Origin: Eledone cirrhosa
Taxonomy: Eukaryota
Direction of reading: 5' to 3'
Length of the DNA stretch: 64,000 nucleotides
Assembly: GCA_964016885.1 (NCBI GenBank)
Contig: OZ024746.1
Span: forward strand, 73,284,001 to 73,348,000
The notes under the pieces were generated by a model. It did not search any database and was not told the DNA's origin. It saw only the letters and a program-made list of their open reading frames with translations. The position numbers were made by a program, and so were the translations under genes. This document shows positions 28,616-44,334 of this stretch, one piece after another. Numbering within the stretch: position 1 is the stretch's first letter; every line of letters starts with the position of its first letter.

Positions 28616-28620
<5 letters not shown>
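28031..28620. mobile_element. PLE 3'-end unit with inverted pLTRs and two hammerheads (- 28113-28163; + 28560-28610)
   Basis: cttc-CTGATGA-tttctcacgaat-GAAACAG-ttctagtc-CTGTA-gaag on both strands; bounded by (TA)n on both sides. Confidence 0.85.
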
Positions 28621-28708
<88 letters not shown>

Positions 28709-28845
28709 CAATGAAAAAGAGTTAGTCAGCTGACTTTTATATAACAGATATCAAGCACTCAACGGTATATGTTTATCTGGAGCTTTATTACAATATTAAT
28801 AAACGAGAGACAGTTACTTTAGATCACTAAGGTAACGATCGTTCG

Positions 28846-29070
28846 TAGTAGATTGGCAGTATCGGTAGAGAGTCGGACACCATGCTTTGCAGCATAGAGT
28901 TATGGTTTCCTTACGGTCTGAGTTCAAATCCCACTGAGGTTAACCTTCCTTTCATCCTTACGGGGTCGATAAAATAAAGTACCAGTCACGCACTGGGGTC
29001 AATTTGATCGACTCCCTCCCCTCCCCTCCCCCTCCCCAAATTACTGTCCTTGTGCCTATACTAGAAATCA

Positions 29071-29104
<34 letters not shown>

Positions 29105-29255
29105 CATCATGCTTTGACGCATAGAGTTACGGCCCTTGCCATTCTGAGTTCAAATCCCGCCGAGGTTAACTTTGCCTTTCATCCTTACGGGGTCGATAAA
29201 ATAAAGAACCAGTAATGTACTGGGTAATTGCTGGCCTTGTGCCAATAGTAGAAAC

Positions 29256-29260
<5 letters not shown>
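28846..29260 (+). mobile_element. Two tandem Meta-type SINEs
   Basis: Copies at 28846-29070 and 29108-29260, separated by (TTA)n. Confidence 0.88.
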
Positions 29261-29295
<35 letters not shown>

Positions 29296-29344
29296 GTTTC
29301 TACTATAATTGTTTCTACTAATTGTTTCTACGGCACTTCAGCCC

Positions 29345-29396
<52 letters not shown>

Positions 29397-29413
29397 GGGC
29401 TGAAGTGCCGTAG
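29246..29413. repeat. Two adjacent (TA)n-centred fold-back duplications
   Basis: SINE tail tagtagaaacaatta-(TA)n-taattgtttctacta, with the inverted end present three times; then ctacggcacttcagcccc(tc)n-(TA)n-(ga)nggggctgaagtgccgtag. Confidence 0.88.
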
Positions 29414-29967
29414 GTAGATAGGCTGACATATAGATGGATCGTTAGACAGAGAACCTTCAGTCACAGTTAACAAACAACAATTCCTATGTAAACACAAGAA
29501 ATACTTGGCAAACTCAACGTAAAGTAAACTTTTAAAAATCTATAGAGAAATATTTTTACCTTGAAATATAGTTGCATGAATTCTTCCAATAATGTGGTAT
29601 ATATCTGCGTCACTTTGCGTGTTATTGTGTCGACGTACATGTATAAGTAGACTATTCTATCTATGCACTGTATCAGCTTCTAGTAGTTGTTGTTTTTGTT
29701 GTTGTTGTGGTGGTGGTGGTGGTGGTGGTATAGCCTTAGATTGGCAAGGATCGAGACACATGATCAAAAGCATTGCAGCTTTTCCACTTCTCGTTTTTAG
29801 GGTCATATAAAAGTACAATTGCCACTCTGTGTCATTTCCCTATATAAGACAGGAGGATATCATATCAGGGCGTCTGGCTGCTATTTCCAGCAGATTCAGC
29901 GAGCGGGTGGAAACTCTCTTGCATTGCAGCATGTCGTGGTACTCACAATAAGAGTATTGAGGTCAGC

Positions 29968-30039
<72 letters not shown>

Positions 30040-30196
30040 CATATACTTTTAGTTCACTAATTATAGTCATCGGGCTGGAGCAAAATATTTTAGTAGTTGT
30101 TCATATCGACTTCAGGACTTTTTCAATCTAGTATAAATTTTATCGATCTCAATTTTTACGAAATATAAAAAGAACAATGTACACACACATACACAC

Positions 30197-30272
<76 letters not shown>

Positions 30273-30281
30273 ATGTGTGTT

Positions 30282-30435
30282 TATAAATAAACAAATATAT
30301 ATATATGTATGTATATATAAATAAACAAATATATATATATGTATATATAAATAAACAAATATATATATATATGTATGTATATATAAATAAACAAATATAT
30401 ATATATGTATATATAAATAAACAAATATATAAATA
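30282..30435 (+). repeat. Minisatellite tataaataaacaaatatatatatatgta x~5
   Basis: Direct inspection. Confidence 0.85.
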
Positions 30436-30902
30436 TATATATATATATAACTTTGCCTTTGTGTCTTTTTGTGTCTATGTGTTTATATATACACCGGTAT
30501 TAATGCTAGTAGTGATTATCTTGAACATTTTTCCTAGAGTGCCATCTGCATGAAGAAGATATAGTTAAGTACAGGCTAGAATACTTAATATAGCGAGCAG
30601 AAAATGTGATTAGGGTAAGCAAAAATTATTCTCAAAACTAGTGAATTGTCAGTTGATTAAATATGTTATGGAGATATATTGGGAATCTGATATCTAGCAG
30701 CTATAGAGACAACTTCCTTTTGTTCCGTTGTTATTAGACCTCCCTAGCGAAGCATAATCAACACATAGCTAAAGAAACCTTATGACGATTAAAATATATA
30801 GTTCGGTTTGTAATCTGAAATCAATGATTAAGCAACTTAAAAAACAAAGTCACATTAAAACATTACCGAGGTGTGACTTCTACGTGAAAAGCATTACGCC
30901 CC

Positions 30903-31232
<330 letters not shown>

Positions 31233-31241
31233 ATATTTATA

Positions 31242-31284
<43 letters not shown>

Positions 31285-31289
31285 TTATA

Positions 31290-31340
<51 letters not shown>

Positions 31341-31341
31341 T

Positions 31342-31373
<32 letters not shown>

Positions 31374-31509
31374 TATATATATAGGAACCAGTAAGACCCC
31401 GACGGCTGAGCTCAAGCTGTTTCGACGGCTAATTCTGGACTTCCCTAAGTATTGAGTACTTTGGTGTGTTATGGTCCACCTGGTTCCTTACCACATTTCC
31501 TTCGTTATT

Positions 31510-31543
<34 letters not shown>

Positions 31544-31779
31544 CAGATGTATACATGTAGGTAACCCTCCTTGTCGTAAGGAACGACTAAAAGGGTTGAC
31601 ATGATGAAACGCTGTCTCAAAGACTAAAACATTGTTTCAAGACAACTTGTCCACCCTACGCCAGCATGGAAAAGTAGCCGAAAAAACGTTTATGATGACT
31701 AAGCTACATATGCCCTGGCACACACATACCTACAAATAAACATACACACACCTGCACACACACACACACGCGCGCACAC

Positions 31780-31876
<97 letters not shown>

Positions 31877-32254
31877 TCTATGATATCGCATTGTTTGCTA
31901 TTCATAATTGTGTTATTAAAAAAATATAGTTAGTCTCAATATATATATATATATATATATGTATAAATAAATAAATAAATATATATATAAACATGTGTGT
32001 GTGTGTGTGTGTGAGTATGTGTGTGTGCGCGCGCATAGCGTACTTTTTAATGTTTGTAAACTCAAACATATATATATTTATTATTTTAATATGTGCAGAC
32101 CCAGGATATTCACTGCACATTAGCTGCAACAAGTAAATGAGTAAAAGCAAACGGGTGTGTATATATATATATATATATATATTGTTATACTTTGGGAGGG
32201 TCATGTTGCCAATAAGAAACACACGCACCAGTTGCTTTCACTTCAATTTATTAT

Positions 32255-32342
<88 letters not shown>

Positions 32343-32443
32343 ATATATATATATTATTATATATATATGTATATATATATATTTAATTGGGAGAGGAAAT
32401 GGTGTATATATTTTATCAAATGATTCTATGGACATACTTTATG

Positions 32444-32475
<32 letters not shown>

Positions 32476-32730
32476 TTATTTACATGCATGTATGTACATA
32501 TGTATGTGAGTATCTTCCTACATATTGCATACTACCATATATATACAACTATATAGAACTTTATGCATGCGTGACTATATATATGTATATATAGTATGCG
32601 TGACTGTATAAATAAATATATATACAGTATATGTATATATGATAATTTCAAAAAAACGAAGGACTTGTGGTAAGAAACCAGATGGACCATAACGCACCAG
32701 AATACTCAATACTTAGGGTAGTAGAGTGGG

Positions 32731-32773
<43 letters not shown>

Positions 32774-32832
32774 TTTTTTTAAATCATCATACATACATAT
32801 ACTATATATGCATTTATTTATACAGTCACGCA

Positions 32833-32916
<84 letters not shown>

Positions 32917-33327
32917 AAGAAAAAGAAAGAAAGAAAGAAAGAATGAAAGAAAGAAAGAAAGAAAGAGAAAGAAAGAGAGCGAGATTTCAGTGACTGACTA
33001 TATAACAGTACGAGGTAAATTTATTAAAAAAAATAAATTGAAGTAACAAACATTATGAATGAAAAGTTGATCCGAAAGAAAAAAACAAAAAAACTAGGTT
33101 AGTTGTATTATAATCACCTTTGTAGCTACTTTATCTTCCCGTCAAACGGTCGTGTTTCTTATGTCACTCGGTTATTTCGCCGGTATTCCAATACTAGAAG
33201 TTCCAAAGCGATTGTAGTCGTTGATGCAGCTAGACTGATGAACAAGGGAGCGGTGGATGCTGAGAGATAAGATCTACATACGCACACATAAACATAATAT
33301 CCTCACTGAAACACACACACATACACA

Positions 33328-33358
<31 letters not shown>

Positions 33359-33394
33359 GCGCGCACGCGCGCACACGCACACACGCAAACACAA

Positions 33395-33428
<34 letters not shown>

Positions 33429-33725
33429 ACAAACACGCACACACACATACACGCACACAAACACACACATTCACACATACACACACAAACACATACACAC
33501 ACAAACACACACAAACACGCACACACACATACACGCACACAAACACACACATTCACACATACACACACAAACACATACACACACAAACACACACATACAC
33601 ACACAAACTTACAGACACATTCACACGCACACACACACATACACATATACATATACATATATATATATACACATATACATACACGCATGTATAAATATGT
33701 AAATATAACATCGCATACACGTGTG

Positions 33726-34158
33726 TACGGCTTAAGGAATTTGAATGCACAGACAGCTTTACATCTAATCTTACACGCAAACGCTAACACACATATATGC
33801 ACAATTTATCGTGCGCGTGTACATTCTAAATTCCATGTGTACACTGGCACTCCGTCGGTTACGACGACGAGTGTTCCAGTCGATAGGATTAACAGAACAG
33901 CTTGCTTGTGAAATTAATTTGCAAGTGGCTGAGCATTCCACAGACGTGAGATCCAGTGTGACAGAGAATGTAACAAGGCTGACCCTTCGAATTACGGGCA
34001 CAATTCATTTTTGCCAGCAGGACAACGTGACTGGAGCAACAGGGCGGGAGCAACATGGAATAAAGTGTTTGCTTAAGGACAACGCACCCCAGGGAATCGA
34101 ACTCACGACTTTACGCTTGACAGCCGAATACCCTGACCACAAAGCCACGCGCCTTCAC
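33726..34158 (-). mobile_element. CORE-type tRNA SINE
   Basis: Head GTGAAGGCGCGTGGC...GAGTTCGATTCCC, then GTCCTTAAGCAAACACTTT; related copies at 18995-19143 and 37256-37502 (both -). Confidence 0.75.
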
Positions 34159-34159
34159 A

Positions 34160-34217
<58 letters not shown>

Positions 34218-34660
34218 TTTTTTTTCCCCATGTGCTTTTTCATAACTACACATGTTGGTGAACTAGCCAGTTTTAGAATTCCCTTTTTCGGATTATAATA
34301 CTGTGAGAGCCCTGGTTTTCGGCTGAGCTCTGCTGATGAATGAAATCCAACCGTGACCATCTCCACTGAAAGTTTTCATGAAATAGTCTTTTAAGACTAT
34401 ACAGAGCATTTGATGTTATTCCAAATTGAAGGATAAGTGTTTTGAACTTTATTTTATCATGAGTTAAAGGTCTATTGATTTTTCCCTGGATTGCACTAAA
34501 TTCTGTGGATGAATTTGTATCCTGATTCTCTTTTGAGATGAGTTTAAATTATTTTTCCTAAATCTTACGTTAACTACTTTTCCCATCTTGACGTTATAGT
34601 CGCATATATGTTATAGAATGCTGTTAGCTTCTCGCTAAAACAATCTCTATACCTCTCATT

Positions 34661-34696
<36 letters not shown>

Positions 34697-34711
34697 TATA
34701 TATAGATATAT

Positions 34712-35486
34712 AGATAAATTAATAAAATAATGAATAAACAAAGAAACAGTTCCTTATATTAAAAAATTCATCATTTTACGATCGTTTCTAGGATATATAT
34801 GTTAGTGTTGGTATGCATATCCTATAGATCTATGTAAAATTTTTACAAACTATCAGAGGGAATATACATACCTACACATATATATGCTGTCTTCAGAAAT
34901 AATGATATTTGTTTATTGAAAAAAAACAACAAAGATTTAATACAATAGGTCTGTTTGGGAACAGGTTTGAATTGACCAATAGAAAGATAGTGAAGGTCAA
35001 GATGATAAAATAGTAGTAAAAGAACCTTAATTTATGGGTTTTTATTCAATGAACAAATATAATTATTTCTGAGGTCAGCATATGACCTATTTTCTTCCCT
35101 AAAATAATCTTTCATTCATAATATTCTTTCCATCCAAAACTGAAATCTACCTTCCTCTACCCATAAATTAAGGTTCTTTTACTACTATTTTATCATCTTG
35201 ACCTTCACTATCTTTCTATTGGTCAATTCAAACCTGTTCCCAAACAGACCTATTGTATTAAATCTTTGTTGTTTTTTTTCAATAAACAAATATCATTATT
35301 TCTGAAGACAGCATATATATGTGTAGGTATGTATATTCCCTCTGATAGTTTGTAAACATTTTACATAGATCTATAGGATATGCATACCAACACTAACATA
35401 TATATCCTAGAAACGATCGTAAAATGATGAATTTTTTAATATAAGGAACTGTTTCTTTGTTTATTCATTATTTTATTAATTTATCT
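34712..35486. mobile_element. Long inverted repeat (328-bp arms, ~119-bp spacer) with a hammerhead on each strand (- 34768-34905; + 35293-35430)
   Basis: Arms differ at one position that I could find. Motif: tcattattt-CTGAAGA-[101 nt]-GAAAC-gatc-GTA-aaatgatga (9-bp helix I). Confidence 0.88.
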
Positions 35487-35634
35487 TTACTCTGTTTTCC
35501 GTTATTTTTCACCTAAAAAATTTTTTGAATACATCTCTTTTCATGATATTCGGATTACATTGAGTTCTTCATACGGATTGGAGACTACCGTACATTTTGG
35601 TAGATTTATCTACAGATATATAGATATATAGATA

Positions 35635-36178
35635 TATAAGTATGTATACGTACATACATATATGTATACAGACGTACAGTAGTATGTCTATATATATATA
35701 CAAGCACACACATATATATATGTGCGTATGGTTTTACCGAGCATTTATTATAATGCTCAGTTTGTTTGTAAACAAACATCCCGAATTAAGCCGTACAGTG
35801 TTTAGCAACCATCGTTGCCCTTTTGTTCAACACTGACAAAGGAACTATGTACTAGTTTCAAGCTTATTAGCTATCGCCAGCACCGTATACCTTCCTGCCA
35901 GATGATTGAACGTCTGGCAGGAAGGTATACGGTGCTGGCGATAGCTAATAAGCTTGAAACTAGTACATAGTTCCTTTGTCAGTGTTGAACAAAAGGGCAA
36001 CGATGGTTGCTAAACACTGTACGGCTTAATTCGGGATGTTTGTTTACAAACAATCTGAGCATTATAATAAATGCTCGGTAAAACCATACGTACATATATA
36101 TATGTGTGCTTGTATGTATATATATACATACTACTGTACGTCTGTATTCATATATGTATGTACGTATACTTACTTATA
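35635..36178. repeat. ~270-bp-arm palindrome with variant hammerhead-like motifs (- 35847-35883; + 35932-35968)
   Basis: Centre gccagatg-attgaa-cgtctggc; motif gtg-CTGGCGA-tagctaataagctt-GAAAC-ta-GTA-cat. Confidence 0.8.
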
Positions 36179-36231
36179 TTTAAGTAACAGTCGTACTAAG
36201 AGTGAGAAATGAAATTTCGTTTCATTTTTTT

Positions 36232-36273
<42 letters not shown>

Positions 36274-36404
36274 GGAAATTATATATATATATATATATGT
36301 GTGTGTATGTTGCATAAATACATCTGTAGAGCTCTACAGATGCATTTATGCAACACACACATATATATATATATATTAATTTCCATGTGTGTATATATAT
36401 GTAC

Positions 36405-36493
<89 letters not shown>

Positions 36494-36526
36494 CATACAT
36501 ACATATACATTTATGTGTATATACGT

Positions 36527-36604
<78 letters not shown>

Positions 36605-37051
36605 GTGAGGTTTTTTTTATAAAATGAAAAATAACCGAGGTGTCCTACACGAGTGAAAGTATAAAGAAAAAGAGATGAAATCGAAAATGCAACTGGAGTC
36701 TTATTTTTTTTTTAAATATATATATTTATTTGGTTCCTTTACCGGTTTCGCAGTTCTTCTGCTTTTCAAAAGGTGAGTTGAGATGGAGGGTCTGTGTTTA
36801 TTTCGAAGTTTGCAGGAATTTACCTGCTTATCAAAACAGTTATGATGTGAGGGTAACTTCCGCGAAACCACAAAATACAAACTCACTATTAATAACAACT
36901 ATCACACAAACACACACACCTTCATATATCATGCGTATATGTCTGTGGATGGGTGTTGGTGTTTTGATATTTTTTTGAAATTTAAACAAAACCACACCTG
37001 TATGTTATATTTTTGTATATAATATCATGTTTAAGGCAATTATATCTTATG

Positions 37052-37111
37052 TAATTCTGATGAGTCCTAATATTAAACTCTTGATATTAAGGATGAAACG
37101 CACATAAATTA
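37052..37111 (+). ncRNA. Type I hammerhead motif
   Basis: taatt-CTGATGA-gtcctaatattaa/ttgatattaaggat-GAAAC-gcac-ATA-aatta; looks like CpG-decayed GAAACGCGCGTA. Confidence 0.7.
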
Positions 37112-37149
37112 AAATGTGGTATAGTTAGCAGTGTTTGGCCTATTTCTCA

Positions 37150-37502
<353 letters not shown>

Positions 37503-37523
37503 AATTCATTCAGCCTGTCTTAT

Positions 37524-37575
37524 GACAGGCTGAATGAATTGGGCTCCAGAACCCAACGAAACTTAAGTACCTGTT
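37524..37575 (+). ncRNA. Hammerhead motif with one extra core nucleotide (CUGAAUGA)
   Basis: gacagg-CTGAATGA-attggg ctccagaa cccaac-GAAAC-ttaa-GTA-cctgtt, preceded by a 17-bp inverted copy of its own 5' end (37503-37519). Confidence 0.65.
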
Positions 37576-37678
37576 TATGTCATATTTGTAATTATATATA
37601 TAATTATTTATACTAAACTCGTCCTATGGACTGAGCGCTCTTACTCTTGGATATTTCTACCAAACTTTTACTACAGTA

Positions 37679-37828
<150 letters not shown>

Positions 37829-37831
37829 CAT

Positions 37832-37875
<44 letters not shown>

Positions 37876-38099
37876 GAATAATCGAGTATCGAAAAATCGG
37901 CGCACGAGTTCACGATAAACAAAATTCGATATGAGCGGCAGAGGGCTCAATAATTTAGATAAATCAGAGCTATAACTATCGTTAAAATACCGTCACACAT
38001 AGAACAAGTCTATAATCAACCATACGACCGAAAAATTGCGATCTGGAAGATTCGGGACACTCAGATAAAAAATCAATAAATCAATAAATCAAATGAATG

Positions 38100-38170
<71 letters not shown>

Positions 38171-38344
38171 CATACACACACACACATATATATATATATA
38201 TAGTAATGAATAAGAAGGCAGTATATTAGAATATCACTATATTCTATTTATTATGCAATGACTGCCATACTTATTGTGATGTTGTCTGTTATATAATCCT
38301 TAGATCCGATCTCTACAAATAGTTCTCACTTTTATAAACATAAT

Positions 38345-38855
38345 TGATGTTAGTTCTTATTATGTGATACCAGCTGGAGGGTGTTGTTTCTTCACCACCC
38401 TCCTGAAACAACATCGGAAGGGAACAGAGTTGGCTACACTCAGGTAGCCAACTCTGTGCCAATGGTGGTAAGTAGGGAGGTGGTCCTAGGGCTCGATCAC
38501 AAAACTGTCGGAGAGAAACCGATATTGGGAGAGTTTGCTCTCCTCGGCTCGAAGTACAGCAGAGTCTGGATTAGTCGCAGACTGCACCAGGTTGCCTCTG
38601 GATAATGTATCGTTTCATGAAGCATCCCAGATGAGGGGTTTACCAACGCGGAACGGGAAGATAGTCATGCCGTCTGGCTTTTCGCCGTCCCCTCGGTCCA
38701 TTCTCGCCGGCTCGAGCTGGCAGGGAAGCCTGCAGTATCCAAGCCATGCTTTATAACCTCGTTGAGAGCAGCATGGCCTGGAAAGCAACCGGCACTGTGG
38801 CGACAGGACAGCAGGTTGAAGCCGAAAGAGTCTACGGTGGATCCGCAGCGACATA
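38345..38855 (-). mobile_element. CRE-clade non-LTR retrotransposon 3' fragment (zinc knuckle + RLE domain)
   Basis: CRCGSTVDSFGFNLLSC...HAALNEVIKHGLDTAG / PCQLEPARMDRGDGEKPDGMTIFPFRVGKPLIWDA...AEESKLSQY. Confidence 0.82.
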
Positions 38856-39244
38856 TTTTTCTTTCTCTTTTTACCGTCAATTGCGGGAGATATTTGTCCT
38901 ATTCAAGAAATTGGCTAATATCTTTAGTTTTTCTTCTTTGAAAGTTGATTTATAATGCATGAAGGTTAAATTTATCTGGAGTTTTTCATGCAGACATCGT
39001 CTTTAAATGATTTAATATCGAATCAAATCTATTTTCGTGCGCCAATGAGTCTTCAATCTTGTATATTTTCTGCATGATTCATTTCTCATTAATTCGGCAA
39101 ATGTGGAGAATTAGGTTTTCCGAGAGAAAAAGTCAGAAAATGCCCCAAATATAAGTGCAACTTATTCAACTTTTTTTTTTTTTTGTTTTGTTTTACTGGA
39201 AATATTAAAAGAAAATATTTATTAGTAAATTGCCTATTATTATT

Positions 39245-39620
39245 TTGGATTGGCAGTATCGGTAGAGTCGGACACCATGCTTTGAAGCATAGAGTTACGT
39301 CCCTTTATGATCTGAGTTCAAATCCCGCTGAGGTTAACTTTGCCTTTCATCCTTACGGGGTCGATGAAATAAAGTACCATTAATGTACTGGGTAATTGCT
39401 GGACTTGTGCCAAAAATAGAAACAATTATTTTTGGTGGATTGGCACTATCGGTAGAGGGTCGGACGCCATGCTTTGCAGCAAAGAGTTACGTCCCTTTAT
39501 GGTCTGAGTTCAAATGCCGCCAAGGTTAACTTTGCCTTTCATCCTTACGGGGTCGATAAAATAAAATTCCAGTAATGTACTGGGTAATTGCTGGCCTTGT
39601 GCCAAAAGTAAAAACAATTA
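39245..39620 (+). mobile_element. Two tandem near full-length Meta-type SINEs
   Basis: 39245-39426 and 39434-39620, each with A/B boxes, core and tail. Confidence 0.92.
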
Positions 39621-40021
39621 TTTTTTTTTATATGTGTCTAAAAATGTAATACGTGGTTTTAAAGAAAACACAAACATACGCACGTGCATTCAAATAATTG
39701 TGTCTGTGAGATTAAATGTACTTATACTTGCTGCGAAAATGAAATCATAATAGCGTTTGTTCTAAAAGCATATTTATTTATAGTTAGATTTGTTAATACT
39801 GCATGTATTGGATATATTCACAATCACATACACATTGTTTTTCGTTCGGAGGGCGTCACTGAATTATTCAGATTTCGTTAGATGCAGGTATGCTCCACTT
39901 CACTCAACTGTTTTTGGCAACGAAACGGTTCTTATAGCTACATAAAATGCTACTTAACTAACGCGTGGTTAGACTAATAAGACTATTGTTATAAGTTACA
40001 CAACTGTAATTCGGATTGCTC

Positions 40022-40096
<75 letters not shown>

Positions 40097-40230
40097 ATAT
40101 ATATATATATATATATAGATAATTTAATATATCAACTAACATAAGCGCACAGATGTACGCTAATGCCAGCAAATACACAGGTTATGTCATAGTACCTAGG
40201 AGGTTCAATGCAGGAGGATGCAGAACAATA

Positions 40231-40335
40231 ATATAAAAGACGTAAAATAAGAAAATTTTTTTTTTTAAGTAACATTTTTTTTAAAAAACTTTAAAAAAAA
40301 AAAAAAAAAATTTTCTTATTTTACGTCTTTTATAT
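40231..40335. repeat. Short inverted duplication around poly-T/poly-A
   Basis: atataaaagacgtaaaataagaaaatttttt / aaaaaattttcttattttacgtcttttatat. Confidence 0.85.
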
Positions 40336-40636
40336 ATATATATATATAGTTTTTCTATGTGTGGTTGTGTATAGAAAATTTGTTTTGTTTTTTTCATACC
40401 AATTCTCCGTAATATATATATATCAACTAAACAACCTGAAAAGTTCAACAGCACACTTAAATGTGTGTGACTGTATGTGTGCGTGTATGTGTGCGTGTAT
40501 GTGTGTATGTGTGCGTGTATGTGTGTATGTGTGCGTGTGAGTGTGTGTGTCTATGCAAAAGGTATCATAAATAGCAAAACTAACGGCCCAGCACATGAAA
40601 GAAAAAAAATATATATATACACACACACACACATGC

Positions 40637-40668
<32 letters not shown>

Positions 40669-40759
40669 ATGTGTGTGTGTGTGTATATTCACATATATAC
40701 ATATATATACATATGTAAAAATACGTATATATACATATATATATAAATATGTATGTATA

Positions 40760-42500
<1,741 letters not shown>

Positions 42501-42519
42501 TGTAACATCTAAAACAAGA

Positions 42520-43200
42520 TACAAATCAGTGACAGACAATGTGTTTGCTAAGGAATCAAAGAGAGCATGGGCATCCCTGCTGTTGTCTGTGAATGTCGGT
42601 AAAAATGCCCAACCAACTGTTACAATCAAAACTTGGTGACGAAAGAGAGAGAGGGAGGCGATGGAGAATATGCTTTTCATCCTCCTTCTTATAGTCACAA
42701 AATGTCTGTGATAAGAAAATATGGTGGTAGTTTCGTAAAAAAGTACCAACGTACGATTTCGGTACAATATTTCCGGGAAAGATTGCGTGAGAAAACAAGC
42801 AATCGATATAAGGAGAAAGAGTGAAAGAGAGAACTTAGTGATATTAGTGTATGGGTTGGTTTACTGGGATTGAGATCTGGGCTGGCTGAAAACATACACA
42901 GCAATAGATGGTTCAACGTAGTTTAATGGATCTGAGCAGTTGGAATTGTTTGTGAAGTTTAACTGTGGCCGTAGCGGTATATGAATGTATAATCACGTGA
43001 GTCTGAAAATATAGTGTTGAAACGCTCAAGTGGATCTAAGCATCTGTTTGAGCTGATATCTGCTAGTACGTTCACCCAAAAGATAGTTGAAGGTCGAAAC
43101 GACTGAGAAGAAGATTAACTAACAAATCGTATTTAACACATCTAAATACAAAGCTTATGGACATGTTAGTTTGGAAATATGTGTGACATGTTGAAATGTA
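42520..43200 (-). pseudogene. Possible decayed Naiad-type PLE remnant
   Basis: Fragments LADISSNRCL and SRNLSRKYCTEIVRWYFFTKLPPYF weakly parallel RISGLSSN and YNSSISTNLPVLFFKIIKRHF of ORF 62763-63863. Confidence 0.35.
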
Positions 43201-43518
43201 TGCAGGTATGTCGAATAGTTTTTAAACATAATTTAATCAAAGAGAAAAATGATTGCAGTGATGGAAAAATCCAAATTAAATGTACATGAAAAAGAAGAAC
43301 ACTAGAAAAATTAAACAATTAGTACAGTCACATTTTTCTTTTTTTTAAAAGAAAAATAGCTGTTCTCATAACTATAGTTCATAGTCAATATGTTTTGCGT
43401 TTGCTTTCTTTTTCTTGTGTGTATTGGGAGCGGTGATCTTTTTCTTTGTGCTTTCGTGATATTTGCTGTAGTCACATGTTAGCCTAAATTTCCGAATATG
43501 GCTCTTGTTAATATCATT

Positions 43519-43605
<87 letters not shown>
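43519..43605 (+). repeat. (TAG)n microsatellite
   Basis: Direct inspection. Confidence 0.97.
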
Positions 43606-43606
<1 letters not shown>

Positions 43607-43963
43607 CGGGAACAGTCGTAGACATAGTTCTGTATATAAAACAATTTTGGATTACTTAGTCTTTTTCTTTTTAAGAAAGTAGTGTGATTTCGTCTAAGAA
43701 ATTTCCGCGTCTTAAAGTCGCGTGCTGGTTGCATAAAGTCTCGTGTTGTGAAGGAAAGCTGGCCATGATCAGTTGTTTGTTTTGGGAAGCAAACATTACT
43801 GTTATGTAATTGTTACTGTTGTTATTTTGAATTGTGATATCGGTAATCGGTATTTAATTACGATGTTTTTAGATTCATAGAGAAAATCCCGGGTGGGTTG
43901 ACTTTGTATTTCATCTTTCAGGGGTTCATAACTTGTGAATATAATCGACTATAAACCACACCC

Positions 43964-44049
<86 letters not shown>

Positions 44050-44334
44050 GAATGGATTATTTGCTGGTTCTCATATCAAAAAACTTTCTGCAGATTTCGT
44101 TTCTTTAATGTGATGGATAGCAGAAACGATAACAAGTGAAAAGGAGGTTAATCACTCTTCTCCTGCGTAAAAGGTTATATATTTATATAAATTTAGTGAT
44201 AAAAATAAAGACATGCATTTGAAGGATTATATGTGTCTATATAGACATATAATCACTCAAGTACATTTGTCTATATATACGTTTGTATATCTAATTTAGC
44301 TTTTGCATAAATGTTACCATCTCTTCCTTCCTCC

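Noticed and set aside
39245-39330. tRNA genes suggested by A/B boxes
   Set aside because: They are SINE heads followed by the family core and tail, and no complete cloverleaf was evident.
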